This document shows positions 14,692 to 28,996 of a DNA stretch of 64,000 nt, one piece after another. How positions within the stretch are numbered: position 1 is the first letter of the stretch; each line of letters starts with the position of its first letter. Origin of the DNA: Eledone cirrhosa (taxonomy: Eukaryota); NCBI GenBank assembly GCA_964016885.1, contig OZ024741.1, positions 199,144,001-199,208,000 on the forward strand, given 5' to 3'. The position numbers and the translations under genes are program-made. Under the pieces are notes generated by a model. It ran no database searches. It saw nothing but the letters and a program-made list of their open reading frames with translations, and had not been told where the DNA came from.

Positions 14692-15550
14692 TATATATAT
14701 AGTATATATAGTATATATATAGTATATATAGTATATATATATATAGATATATATAGTATATATAGTATATATATAAATAGATATATATAGTATATATATA
14801 TATATATAGTATATATATATATATATATATAGTATATATATATAGTATATATATATATATATATAGTATATATATATAGTATATATATATATATAGTATA
14901 TATATATAGTATATATATATATATATAGTATATATATATATAGTATATATATATATATATATAGTATATATATATATATATATATATAGTATATATATAT
15001 ATAGTATATATATATATATATATAGTATATATATATATAGTATATATATATATATATATAGTATATATATATATATATATAGTATATATATATAGTATAT
15101 ATATATATATATATATAGTATATATATATAGTATATATATATAGTATATATATATATATATAGTATATATATATATAGTATATATATATATAGTATATAT
15201 ATATATATATAGTATATATATATATAGTATATATATATATATAGTATATATATATATAATATATATATATATAGTATATATATATATAGTATATATATAT
15301 AGTATATATATATATAGTATATATATATAGTATATATATATATAGTATATATATATAGTATATATATATATATAGTATATATATATATAGTATATATATA
15401 TAGTATATATATATAGTATATATATATATATAGTATATATATATATAGTATATATATATATAGTATATATATATAGTATATATATATAGTATATATATAT
15501 AGTATATATATATAGTATATATATATAGTATATATATATAGTATATATTT
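14606..15550. repeat. (TA)nG array
   Basis: Direct inspection. Confidence 0.97.
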
Positions 15551-15829
15551 ATATGTAGATAAATCTACCAAAAGTTTATGGTAGTGTCCAATCCATATGA
15601 AGAACTCAATGTAATCCGGATATCATGAAAAGAGAAGATGCATTCAAAAACTACTTTCGGCGAAAAATAAGCGGAAAACGGAGTCAAGATAAATTAATAA
15701 AATAATGAATAAACAAAGAAACAGTTCCTTATATTAAAAAAATTGATCATTTTACAATCGTTTTTAGGATATATATGTGTTAGAGTTGGTATGCATATTC
15801 TATAGATCTATGTACAATATTTATACAAA

Positions 15830-16500
15830 CTATCAGAGGGAATATACATACCTACACATATATATGCTGTCTTCAGAAATGATGATATTTGTTTATTGAA
15901 AAAAACAAAGATTCAATACAATAGGTCTGTTTGGGAACAGGTTTTGAGTTGACCAATAGAGAGATAGTGAGGGTCAGGATAGTAATATAGTAGTAGAAGA
16001 ACCTTAAATTATGGGTAGAGGAAGGTAGATTTCAGTTTTCGATGGAAAAGAATATTATGAATGAAGGATTATTTTAGGGAAGAAATAGGTCTTATGCTGA
16101 CCTCAGAAATAATTTTATTTGTTCATTGAATAAAAGCAACAAAGATCTAATATATTCTGTCTGTTTGGTAAGAGGTTTAGAATTAACCAATAGAAAGTTA
16201 ATAATTGGCCAAATGGTAAAATAGTAGTAATTGAAGCTTATTTTAGGGGTGAAAATAGGTCAGGTGGTCAATAAAAGGTATACAAGCAGTTGCTGTTATA
16301 AAATAGTAATGCCAGTACAAATATCTAAGGTGACTAAAGTTTTAAGATAAGAATGTTAGTGAAAAAAATACATCTATGAAAAGAATATAAATTAATTTAA
16401 TTGATGGGTATATTTATATTGATAAAATTATACTAATACATATAGATATGATAAATAAGAGTTAGATGCAGTTGAAAAGTGCTGTTAAAGATGAGGGGAA
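15830..16500. repeat. Unclassified interspersed repeat, homologous to 27176-27920
   Basis: Shared blocks such as tatcagagg.aatatacatacct, gctgtcttcagaaat, ataggtctgtttgggaacaggttttg, aaattaattgat.ggtat. Confidence 0.7.
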
Positions 16501-16570
16501 ATTAAAAGAATATAAAAATAATATATATATATATATATATACTTATACATATATATATATACACATATAT

Positions 16571-16644
<74 letters not shown>

Positions 16645-16700
16645 TTATATATATATATACACTTATATATATATATACACATATATACACATACACACAT

Positions 16701-16731
<31 letters not shown>

Positions 16732-16988
16732 CATACATATAGACATATATATATATATATATATATATACATAGATATATACATGCATACATACATACAC
16801 ATATATATAGACACACATATACACTTATATATACATATAATTATTGGGTGGGGGGAATTAAATTTATTAGTGAGAAATAGTAAATATATATAGTTTTCAA
16901 GGAACATAGAGTCATAACCTGAAGTTAAAGCATTATATATGTTTACTTAATGGTATCAGTTTTAGGAAATGATATTTGTAAGAAGGAA

Positions 16989-17218
16989 AGCAAAATTATG
17001 TAGTTCATCAGTAGTAGAATATTAATTATAGGTTAACTAAATTAAAAATAGTATTATATTAATTTCTAAAGTGTATATTAATTAGGTTTATAATTTTTAA
17101 AGCAGAATTATGTAGTTCATCAGTAGTAGAATATTAATTATAGGTTAACTAAATTAAAAATAAATTATAAATTAATTTCTAAAGTGTATATATATTAATT
17201 AGGTTTATAATATTTAAA
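16989..17218. repeat. Tandem duplication of a ~112-bp AT-rich unit
   Basis: agca(a/g)aattatgtagttcatcagtagtagaatattaatt... occurs at 16989 and 17101. Confidence 0.9.
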
Positions 17219-17234
17219 GGTTTTTCTCAGTTTA

Positions 17235-18208
17235 GTATATATATATAGTATATATATAGTATATATATAGTATATATATATAGTAATATATATATTATAT
17301 ATATAGTATATATATATAGTATATATATAGTATATATATATATATATATAGTATATATATATAGTATATATATAGTATATATATATATAGTATATATATA
17401 TAGTATATATATATAGTATATATATATAGTATATATATATAGTATATATATATAGTATATATATATAGTATATATATATAGTATATATATAGTATATATA
17501 TATAGTATATATATATAGTATATATATATAGTATATATATATAGTATATATATAGTATATATATATATATAGTATATATATATAGTATATATATATAGTA
17601 TATATATATTGTATATATATAGTATATATATAGTATATATATAGTATATATATATAGTATATATATATAGTATATATATAGTATATATAGTATATATATA
17701 TAGTATATATAGTATATATATATAGTGTATATATATATAGTATATATATATAGTGTATATATATATAGTATATATATATAGTATATATATATAGTGTATA
17801 TATATATATAGTATATATATATAGTGTATATATATATATATAGTATATATATATATAGTATATATATATATAGTATATATATATATAGTATATATATATA
17901 TATAGTATATATATATATATATATATAGTATATATATATATATATACTATATATATATATACTATATGTATATATATATATATATATATAGTATATATAT
18001 ATATATACTATATGTATATATATATATATATAGTATATATATATATATATACTATATGTATATATATATATATATATACTATATGTATATATATATATAT
18101 ATATATATGCAATATGTATATATATATATACTATATGTATATATATATATACTATATGTATATATATATATATATATACTATATGTATATATATATATAT
18201 ATATATAC

Positions 18209-18240
<32 letters not shown>

Positions 18241-18390
18241 CTATATGTATATATATATATATATATACTATATGTATATATATATATATATATATACTAT
18301 ATGTGTATATATATATATATATATATTTACTATATGTGTATATATATATATATATATATACTATGTGTATATATATATATATATATATAC

Positions 18391-18429
<39 letters not shown>

Positions 18430-18446
18430 TATATGTGTATATATAC

Positions 18447-18489
<43 letters not shown>

Positions 18490-18563
18490 ATATATATATA
18501 TATATACTATATGTGTATATATATATATATATACTATGTGTATATATATATATATATATATAC

Positions 18564-18595
<32 letters not shown>

Positions 18596-18805
18596 CTATA
18601 TGTGTATATATATATATATATATACTATATGTGTATATATATATATATATATACTATATGTGTATATATATATATATATATATACTATATGTGTATATAT
18701 ATATATATATATATACTATATGTGTATATATATATATATATATATACTATATGTGTATATATATATATATATATACTATATGTGTATATATATATATATA
18801 TATAC

Positions 18806-18837
<32 letters not shown>

Positions 18838-18838
18838 C

Positions 18839-18870
<32 letters not shown>

Positions 18871-19449
18871 CTATATGTGTATATATATATATATATATAC
18901 TATATGTGTATATATATATATATATATACTATATGTGTATATATATATATATATATACTATATGTGTATATATATATATATATATACTATATGTGTATAT
19001 ATATATATATATATACTATATGTGTATATATATATGTATATATATATATATACTATATGTGTATATATATATGTATATATATATATACTATATGTATATA
19101 TACTATATGTATATATATATATATACTATATGTATATATATATATATATACTATATATATAGTATATATATATATATACTATATATATAGTATATATATA
19201 TATATACTATATATATAGTATATATATATATATACTATATATATAGTATATATATATATACTATATATATAGTATATATATACTATATGTATATATATAT
19301 ATACTATATATATAGTATATATGTATATATATATATACTATATATATAGTATATATATATATACTATATGTATATATATATATAGTATATATATATATAT
19401 ATATATATAGTATATATATATATATATATAGCATATATATATATATATA

Positions 19450-19483
<34 letters not shown>

Positions 19484-19507
19484 TATATATATACTATATA
19501 TATATAT
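17235..19507. repeat. (TA)n-derived array; (TA)nG units switch to CTATATG(TG)(TA)n near 17945
   Basis: Direct inspection. Confidence 0.97.
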
Positions 19508-20371
19508 ACCACTATTAGCTGCTAAAGGGTTCTCCCTAAAAATGAAAGGCAGGTTGTACGATGCCTGCATACGAACAGCAATGCTGCATGGCAGTGAGAC
19601 CTGGGCATTGTGTGCAGATGATATACGCAGACTAGAGAGGAACGAAGCTTGCATGCTCCGCTGGATGTGTAACAGTAATATACGTGAACGGCAAAGCATA
19701 AACGAACTAAGGAAAAAATTAGAGATAAGAGGGATCAGATGTTGTTTACTCGAGAGAAGGCTACGTTGGTATGGACACGTGATGCGCATGAAAGTCGATA
19801 GCTGTATAACAAAGTGCAGGGCAATAAAGATAGACGGTAGTCACGGAATAGGCAGACCTAGAAAAACCTGGGACGAGCTGATAAACTCCGACATCACACA
19901 CTTACACCTCTCCAAGACAATGTCACTGGACCGAGACCTTTGGCGGTACTCAGTAACAGAGAAGACCCGCCTTACCTAAATATATAGTAAAACCTACTCC
20001 AGCCAGTAGGCATCTCTAACAAAATACACCCCGTCCCACCACCACCACCCCCACCCCATCCACACCACCCCGTTCTATGTAAAGTTATGTTGGTGCCGCG
20101 CCATCCAGGCCGAAACAAATGAGATCGTGTAGGTGTCACGACAAAAAAACACACAGTCCACGCTGTAATGTGGCCGTGTAGGCAACACGGTAAAAACCTC
20201 CCAGACCCACACTGTAAATGTGGTTGGTGTTAGGAAGGGCATCCAACTGTAGAAAACCTGCCAGACAGTCCTATGCGAGCAAGACAATCACTCTTGCCTC
20301 AAGTGGGACTACCCCCGTCCAAACCCATGCAAGCGAGGAACACGGACGTTAAACGTTGATGATGATGATGA
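19506..20371 (+). mobile_element. RTE copy C: 3' fragment with (GAT)n tail
   Basis: ORF 19542-19979 nearly identical to the copy B C-terminus; full 3' UTR; tail at 20357-20371. Confidence 0.95.
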
Positions 20372-20421
20372 TATATACATATAGTATATATATATATATA
20401 TATATATACTATATGTATATA

Positions 20422-20457
<36 letters not shown>

Positions 20458-20460
20458 TAT

Positions 20461-21006
20461 TTGCGCATGAAAGTCGATAGCTGTATAACAAAGTGCAGGG
20501 CAATAAAGATAGACGGTAGCCACGGAATAGTCAGACCTAGCAAAACCTGGGACGAGCTGATAAACCCCGACCTCACACACTTACACCTCTCCAAGACAAT
20601 GTCACTGGACCGAGACCTTTGGCGGTACTCAGTAATAGAGAAGACCCGCCTTACCTAAATACATAGTAAAACCTACTACAGCCAGTAGGCATCTCTAACA
20701 AAATACACCACCTCCACCCCATCCACACCACCCCCTCCTATGTAAAGTTATGTTGGTGCCACACAATCCAGGCCGAAACAAATGAGATCGTGTAGGTGTC
20801 ACGACAAAAAACACACAGTCCACGCTGTAATGTGGCCGTGTAGGCAACACGGTAAAAACCTCCCAGACCCACACTGTAAATGTGGTTGGTGTTAGGAAGG
20901 GCATGCAACTGTAGAAAACCTGCCAGACAGTCCTATGCCTCAAGTGGGAATACCCCCGTCCAAACCCATGCAAGCGTGAAACACGGACGTTAAACGTTGA
21001 TGATGA
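20461..21006 (+). mobile_element. RTE copy C2: shorter 3' fragment in tandem with copy C
   Basis: RMKVDSCITKCRAIKIDG...KTRLT*; 3' UTR with a small deletion near 20938; (GAT)n tail. Confidence 0.95.
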
Positions 21007-21225
21007 TATATATATACTATATATATATATATAGTATATATATATATATATATATATATATACTATATGTATATATATATACTATATGTATATATATATA
21101 TATATAGTATATATATATATACTATATATATATATAGTATATATATAGTATATATATATATATAGTATATATATATATAGTGTATATATATATATATACT
21201 ATATATATATATACCATATATATAT

Positions 21226-22653
21226 GCCCAGGTCTCGCTGCCATGCAACATTTCTGTTCGTATGCAGGCATCATACAGCCTGCCTTTCATTTTTAGTGAG
21301 AACCCTTTAGCGGCCAATAGTGGTATTAGCTCTCTGAACTTTTTCCATCCCGTTCTGACTCTAGCTACTGTATTTTCGGAGCACCCTCACCCACTGCTGA
21401 TTTTGTCACCCATGTAACGGAAGGCGTCCACTATTTCTATAGAACCATCTGTGCAATGGAATGAGCTAGTATTCTCTGGGCACTTGCTGCTACTTATTGC
21501 ACCAGAGCACCGGCCACATATAAAATCTATATTCTTAGTTAGCTTACCTGTGATCCCACTACATCTTTTATGCACCCATACTTTGCATTTGGGACATAAA
21601 ATGGAGTTTCTGCCTACTCCTTTCCTATACATGGCTTGTATAGCTCTCACAAGCCATTCATTAACACCTAGTTTTCTAAGAGCCCACCAGATAATGGAGC
21701 GAGGGACTCTGTCAAAGGCTTTCTCCAAGTCAACAAAAGCTAAGTATAGGGTTTTACTTTTAGTTAGGTACTTCTGTAGTTGTCGTACAATGAAAAGAGC
21801 GTCTGTGGTACTTATACCTGACACAAACCCGAACTGCATTTCATCTAGATCAATTCGCTGTCTGATTAGTTGCGCTATTACTTTTTCTGTGACCTTCATG
21901 ACCTGGTCGATTAATTTAATGCCTCTATAGTTACCCCTATCTAGGGCATCTCATTTACCCTTGTAACAGTTAATGATGATGCTGCTATGCCAGTCCTTTG
22001 GAACGACCCCATTCTGTATGACTTGGTTTACTATCCGGGTGACCATAGTGTGTCCCACCGTTCCAGATGCTTTTAACATCTCAGCAACTATCTCCGAAGG
22101 CCCAGCCACTTTACCCGTCTTCATATCTTTGATTGCCTTACTTATTATACTACCTTCAACTAACACTGCTGGTTCCTCTATTGGATCGATGTGGGGGAAA
22201 CTGTCTTTCTCCCATTTATTCTCCTCATTTAGTAGCCTTTCGTAGTGACACTTCCAAGCTACCTTCTTATTAGCGTCAGTGATGGCAAGTACACCATCAT
22301 CATTAAGGACACACTTCTCCCCGACAATATTACTGTTTTCCTTGACACATTGCCTAGCAATCCTGAACACCTCACGTTTTTGGTGCTCGCGTTGTAGAAC
22401 AGGCTTGAACTTTCTTTCCACTGCTTTCCTTCTTGCGAAGTACACTTGTCTCATAGCTTCCCTTCTGGCCACTAGATAGTCTTCTCTACTTCCCCCATCC
22501 CGCCATACTTTCCAAGCCTGCTTTTTGGCCTTAATTGACTCCTCCACCTTACTGTTCCACCACCACGTTACTCTCCTCCTGCTTATAGGCCTGTTCCAGC
22601 CACAGACATCATCTGCCGCCTTCAGCAGGTTAGCTTTCAGGAATTCCCACTGT
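21226..22653 (-). mobile_element. RTE copy D: internal fragment with 345-bp in-frame RT deletion, no 3' end
   Basis: ORFs 21951-22547 and 21387-21899. AIQAMY is joined directly to RKGVGRN, equivalent to loss of copy B 11624-11968. Confidence 0.93.
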
Positions 22654-22744
22654 ATATATATATATATATATATATAGTGTATATATATATATAGTATATA
22701 TATATATATATATATATAGTGTATATATATATAGTGTATATATA

Positions 22745-23595
22745 CAGGGTGCAGATGATATTTGTTCGCAAGATTACTGTCTAGGAAAAAATAACACAGT
22801 AGTTTTATTTTTTAAGATATATTTATCAAACTTGGGTCAGTTTGTCTTCATGACTTGCTCTTTCGATCTCACTCGATAAACCCGCCATTGGTTTTGATGA
22901 CGGCCTCAAGGCGGCCTCGGAACTGGCTACAGGACTTCATCACTGTCCCCCGACTTAGGCCCCTAAAGGCACTTGTGATCCTGGCCTTCAGATCATCTTT
23001 CGTATTGAAGCTAGATCTGTGGTGTCTCATTCCACTGCGCCCCACACAAAGAAGTTGAAGGGGTTGCAGTCAGGCGAGCTGGGAGGCCAGATGTCAGGAT
23101 TGGGTCTTTTGGCTGGTATGGCAGGGCGCTGAGTCTTGCTGCCACACGTACGGCCTACCTGCAACTACCTGGTCGATCCAAGTCAACTTTACTACCTCGC
23201 TCAGAACACTGAGCTAGCCATCGGCATTCAGGTTGAGGCCCTCAGGAAGAAATGAGGTGGCATGACGTCACCTTGACTGCTGACGACACCTAAGACCAAT
23301 GTCGGTCGCTGGAAACTTTGTCTGCATGACTCTGGGTACGTCTTTGGATGAGACAGCGAGCCACCTTGCAGTTGATCTTCTGGTCTTATTTGTCATTCCG
23401 GCGTGGATTCCAAGAAGAACTCCGTGTCTATTCCACAAATTTGGAGGTTCAAAATTATTCATAATCAATTATTCTGAAAATAAATAATGTTAATATAGTC
23501 ACTGTTTTTATAAAGACAAGACTGACAACGGAAGTAAAAAAAATTTGCATAAAATTAGCAGTTGAAAATTGCGAACAAATATCGTCTGCACCCTG
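22745..23595 (-). mobile_element. Internally deleted Tc1/mariner element (maT/DD37D-like)
   Basis: 27-bp TIRs cagggtgcagatgatatttgttcgcaa / ttgcgaacaaatatcgtctgcaccctg; TA on the left. Transposase relics VMQTKFPAT, GDVMPPHFF, YVWQQDSAPCH, WPPSSPDCNP. Confidence 0.9.
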
Positions 23596-23667
23596 TGTAT
23601 ATATATATATATATATATCATCATTATCGTTTTACGTCCGTTCTTCCACGCTAGCATGGGTTAGACG

Positions 23668-23709
<42 letters not shown>

Positions 23710-23753
23710 TATGTATGTATACGTACATATATGTATACAGACGTACAGTAGCA

Positions 23754-23799
<46 letters not shown>

Positions 23800-24195
23800 T
23801 ATATGTACGTATCAGTTTAGCGAACATTTATTATAATGTTCGCTTTGTTCGTTTGTAAACAAACGGTCAGCCTGATTTATGCCGTACTGTGTTAAGGCAA
23901 CCACGTCACCTTTTTGTTCAACACTGACACAGGAACGATGTACTAGTTTCAAGCTTGTTAGCTATCGTCAGCACCGTATAACCTTCTGCCAGATGGTTGA
24001 ACGTTCGAAAGTATATACTTTCCTTATGAAAATTAACGGCTGAGCAGCCTAATTTGCATATCGAGTGAGTTCAGTCGGTCAGGCACACCGAAAACGATAA
24101 ATGGAATAGAATAGAATGAAACGAAATTTCATTTCTCACTCTTAGTACGGCACTTACTTAAATGTAAGTATGTATGTATACATACATACATATAT

Positions 24196-25110
24196 GTCTC
24201 TTGGCCTTAACTGCCTCATCTACCTTATTGTTCCACCACCAAGTCACTCTCCTCCTGCTTGTGGTCTTACTCCAGCCACAGATCTCATCCGTCGCCTCTA
24301 GTAAGTTATTTTTTAGGAACTCCCAGGGCTCTTCTACATTGAATGTCTCTATCTGTTCTTCTTTACTGTCATAGGCGTTGAGTAAAATATCTTTAAATCT
24401 GTTACTGGCTGAGGGCTCTTTCAGCTTCCAGATCTTTCTTCACCAAGTTGGTCTCTGTTTCCAGGTTCGTCTAGTTCTGACCGTGAGGTCGCTGACAACT
24501 AAGCTATGTTGGGAGGTAGATTCCTCACTCGGGAAGGCTTTTGTGTTTACGACCGTCCATCTGTCACGTCCTCTGATGAGGATAAAATCTATCTGACTAG
24601 AATGCTTCCCTGATCTATAGGTGATCAGGTGGTTGTCGGGTTTTTTGAAGTTTGTGTTACATATCGACATGTCATTGGCGTCGCAGAATTCTAGAAGTCT
24701 GAATCCTTCTTCATTTCTTGTGCCAACCCCATGGACTCTATTGAAGCCATCACAGTGTTTACCTACGTGTCCGTTAAAATCTCCTGCGATGATTAGGAAG
24801 TCATTGTCGTTTGTTAGAGCATAGTGTGCATTAAGGACTTGTAAAACCTATCCTTAAGTTCGTCTGGCAACCCCAATTGGGGTGCGTAAGCTGATATTAT
24901 TGTGGTAATTGTTTTATTCAGGACTAGTCTGAATTTAATGATTCTTGCATTTACCCTGTACAGTGAGATTACTTTATCTACCCACTTGTAAGCTATTAGT
25001 ATACCTACACCACCCATCCCATCGTCATTTCCCACCCAGAAAAATTTGTAGCACTGACTTTTTCCTACAAGGACTCTAGCAGACTCTCCTCTCCATCTAG
25101 TCTCTTGTAC

Positions 25111-25113
<3 letters not shown>
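24196..25113 (-). mobile_element. RTE copy E: APE endonuclease fragment (related subfamily, frameshifted)
   Basis: VQETRWRG, GGVGILI, ISAYAPQ, AGDFNGHVG, SQIDFIL. Confidence 0.92.
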
Positions 25114-25150
<37 letters not shown>

Positions 25151-25224
25151 TATAGAGAAAAATACTGCAGGTAGCACATGGTAACATGTAATAAAATACG
25201 TCCCTCATCAGTGATTTGCCGAAG

Positions 25225-25312
<88 letters not shown>

Positions 25313-25654
25313 ATATATAGTATATACTCTCTGTATATATACTCTCTCTCTCTCTATATATATATAATGTATATATATATATATATATAGAGTATATATA
25401 TATATAATGTATATATATATAGTATATATATATATATATTTATTAAAATAACAGATTAAAGTTTAAGTAAATAATCGCTGCTTTCACCCTTGGATTTTAG
25501 TCTTCAAATTTATTAATATTACTAACCCATGCTAGCGTGGAAAATGGACGTTAAACGAAGATGATGATGATGATGATGATATATATATATGTGTATATAT
25601 ATATATATAGTGTATAGTATATATATATATATAGTGTATATATATATATATATA

Positions 25655-27175
25655 TCATCATCATCTTCATTTACCGTCCATCTTCTACGCTAACATGGGT
25701 TAGATGGGAGTTGTCACTTGAGGCAAGGTTGGTCGGGTGACCGTATTTCGCTCATATAGGACTATATGGCAGGTTTTCTATGGCTGGATGCCCCTCCTAA
25801 CACCAACCACATTTACAGTGTGGACTGGGAGATTTTTACCGTGTTACCTACACGGCCACATTACAGCGTGGAGTGTGTAGTTTTTTGTCGTGACACCTAC
25901 ACGATCTTGATCTCATTATCTCATTTATTTGGACTGGATGTTGTGGTACCAACTTTACAGAGACAGGGTGGTGTTGGTGGGAGTGGGAGGATAAGGTAGG
26001 GGTAGTGGATTGGTGTGTATATTTGGTTAAGAGGTGCCTACTGACTGTAGGTTTCGCTTTGTACATAGGCAAGGCGGGTCTTCTGTATTACTGCGTAGTG
26101 CCAAAGATCTCAGTCCAGTAACATCGTCTTAGAGAGGTGCAAGTGTGTAAGGTCGGAATTTATCAGATCATCCCAGGTTTTTCTGACTCTACCTACTCCG
26201 TAACTACCATCAATTTTGTTTGCCCTGTACTTTTTTATACAGCTGTCGTCTTTCATGCGCATCACGTGGCCATACCAACGTAGTCTTCTCTCAAGTAAAC
26301 AGCATCTGATCCCTCTTATTCCTAATTTCTCATTTAGTTCATTTATGCTTTGCCGTTCACGTATATTACTATTACACATCCAACGGAGCATGCATGCTTC
26401 ATTCCTTTCCAGTCTGCGCAGGTCCTCTGCATGTAATGCCCATCTCTCACTGCCATGTAGCATTGATGTTCGTATGCAGGCATCATACAATCTGCCTTTC
26501 ATTTTTAGAGAGAAACCTCTTGTGGCAACAGCGGTATAAGCTCTCTGAACTTTTTCCATCCCGTTCTGACTCTGGCTACTGTACTTTCAGAACACCCTTC
26601 ACCACTGCTGATTTCGTCACCCAGGTAACGGAAAGTGTCCACTACTTCTATAGAACCATCTGGGCAATAGAAGGAGCTAGTATCCTGTGGACACTTGCTA
26701 CTTATTGCACCTGAGCATCGGGCACATATACAGTCTACGTTCTTAGATAGTTTACCTGTGATCCCACTACATCTTTTATGTACCCATACTTTGCATTTGG
26801 GACATAAAATGGAATTTCTGCCTACTCCTTTCCTACACACTGAGCATGGCCATTTCCCTGAGGGCACCTGTGCCCTATTTTCCTTTCTACATACTAGAAC
26901 TTTAGTCTTAGACAAGTTAACTTTAAGGCCCTTTGATTCTAGGCCATGCTTCCATGTTTGGAATTTCTTCTCTAGTTCAGCTATGAGCATTCTGCGTATA
27001 TGAGTTCCCATGGGCAGCCGGTCTTGAACTCCTCTGTTATAGACTGAATGGCAATAATAAATAGGAGGGGGCTAAGGACAGAGCCTTGATGATCACCAAC
27101 TTTTACAATAAATTCTTTACAATATTCATTGTTAATTCTAACCTTACTGACTGTTTCTTTATACTTAGCTTGTAT
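25655..27175 (-). mobile_element. RTE copy F: RT C-half + PHD + 3' UTR + (GAT)n tail, degenerate
   Basis: ORFs 26981-27196, 26505-27011, 26110-26559; YADD disrupted (YAECS*). Confidence 0.93.
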
Positions 27176-27230
27176 ATTATCAGAGGAAATATACATACCT
27201 TCACATATATATGCTGTCTTCAGAAATAAT

Positions 27231-27333
27231 TGTTTCTACTTTTGGCACAAGGCCAGCAAATACCCAGTACATTACCGGTACTTTATTTTATCGACCTCGT
27301 AAGGATGAAAGGCAAAGTTAACCTCGGCGGGAT
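27231..27333 (-). mobile_element. 5'-truncated SINE with 16-bp target-site duplication
   Basis: TSD tgtcttcagaaataat at 27215-27230 and 27334-27349; body matches SINEs at 35034 and 50248. Confidence 0.9.
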
Positions 27334-27984
27334 TGTCTTCAGAAATAATGATATTTCTTTATTGAAAAAAACCCAACAAAGATTTAATATAATAGGTCTG
27401 TTTGGGAACAGGTTTTGTATTGACCAATAGAAAAGTAGTAAGTGGTCAAGTTGGTAGAATAGTAGTAGTAGATATTTAATTTAGGGGTAGAGGAATGCAA
27501 ACTTAAGTTTTGAATGGAAAGAATACTTTGAATGAAAAGAATACTTTGGGGATGAAAAGAGGTCAAGCCAGTGAGGGGTACACGAAAATTTGATGTTATT
27601 AAAGAATAATGTTAATGTTAAAACCGAAGGAGAATAAAATTTTAGGGTAAAGGTGTTAGTGAGAAATACCAATCTTATTTAAAACACAAGGAATTTAGAT
27701 CTATAACAAGAAATTAAATTAATTGATAGGTATACTTATAGGGATAAATTTATATTAATTCATGGATGTGATAAATAAGAATTAGATGTTATTAAAGAAT
27801 AGAGACGTTGTTAAAAACGAAGGAAAATAAAATTTTGGGATAAATGTAGTAGTGAGAAATACCAATCTTATATAGACTACAAGGAATCTAGATTCATAAC
27901 AGGAAATAAATTAATTTATATGTATACTTTTAGGTATTAATTTTAGGAAAAGTTAATACCAATAAATGAATTGAGAGAGAGACT

Positions 27985-28528
27985 GTGTGCAGGAGAGGCA
28001 GTTGCGTTGGTATGGACATGTGATGCGTATGAAGGATGACAGCTGCATAAAAGGTGCAGAGCACTAGAAGTCAATGGAAACCGCGGAGTGGGGAGACCCA
28101 AGAAGACCTGGGATGAGGTGATAAAAGCCGACCTTACCCAATTACACCTCTCAAAGGTCATGACACACGCCCGTGACCTCTGGTGTCACGCAGTAATACA
28201 GAGTACCCGACCTCCATGGGTACAAGCTGAAGCATATAGACAATATGCCCCCACAGCCTCCCACTGCAAAGTGGTCATGGAGGTGCCACGGCAAAAAAGC
28301 ACCCAGCCCACACTGTAAAGTGAACGTGTAGGCGCCACAAAAAAAAAGCACCCAGCACTCACTGTAAATGAGGTTCGTGTTAGTAAGGACATCCAAAATC
28401 AGTTCCTGTATGAGCAAGGCATGGTCAGCCGACCAGACACTGCCCACAACAGCATGGAAGAACGGACGTAAAATGGTGGTGATGATGGTGATGGTGATGG
28501 TGATGACGATGATGATGACGATGACGAC
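27985..28528 (+). mobile_element. Older RTE-subfamily 3' fragment
   Basis: RQLRWYGHVMRMKDDSCI...GRPKKTWDEVIKADLTQLHLSK; (GAT/GGT/GAC)n tail. Confidence 0.85.
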
Positions 28529-28618
28529 AAAGGAATTGTGGTAAGGAACCAAATAGACCATAATGCACCAAAGTACTCAATACTTAGTGTAGTAGAGTGG
28601 GTAATAGGAGAAAGTATG

Positions 28619-28714
28619 ACCCCGACGGCAGAGCTCAAGCTGTTTCGACGGCTATTTCTGGACTAAGTAAGAATTTTTAGCCTGGTAAATAAATAGACAA
28701 ACTTATCAAGGGGT
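28619..28714 (-). ncRNA. Degenerate type I hammerhead ribozyme motif (PLE pseudo-LTR type)
   Basis: Minus strand: acccc-TTGATAA-(stem II ..ctattt/aaatag..)-GAAA-cagc..gccg-TC-ggggt; core is mutated. Confidence 0.5.
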
Positions 28715-28996
28715 ACTTCCTTATATGGGAAGATAGTAGTTGTCAAGAGGATTGGCTAAAATTTGTTATAAAGACAAATAAATCTATCATGACATTTGGT
28801 GGGAGGTAGGGGTGGCTGAACTTGCCGGTAGAACAAAGAGGGAGTGAAGAAAGCCAGTCAGGCGTTGAAAGTGAAATCTATACAGCAGATTCTAAGGATA
28901 GTGTATGAAAAGTCGAAAAATAGTACTGGAGAAAAGGAGGAGGGCAGTTGAAAGAATAGGTAAGTCAAAAGGGAGTAAAATAAGAATAAAGAAATA

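Noticed and set aside
6491-19218. Long Y/I-rich ORFs (up to 539 aa) and the N-terminus of the 798-aa ORF
   Set aside because: Translations of TA microsatellite; no coding signal
25175-25510. Hammerhead-like words (ctgatgag; ttgaaga...gaaa) on the minus strand
   Set aside because: Could not build consistent stems I-III
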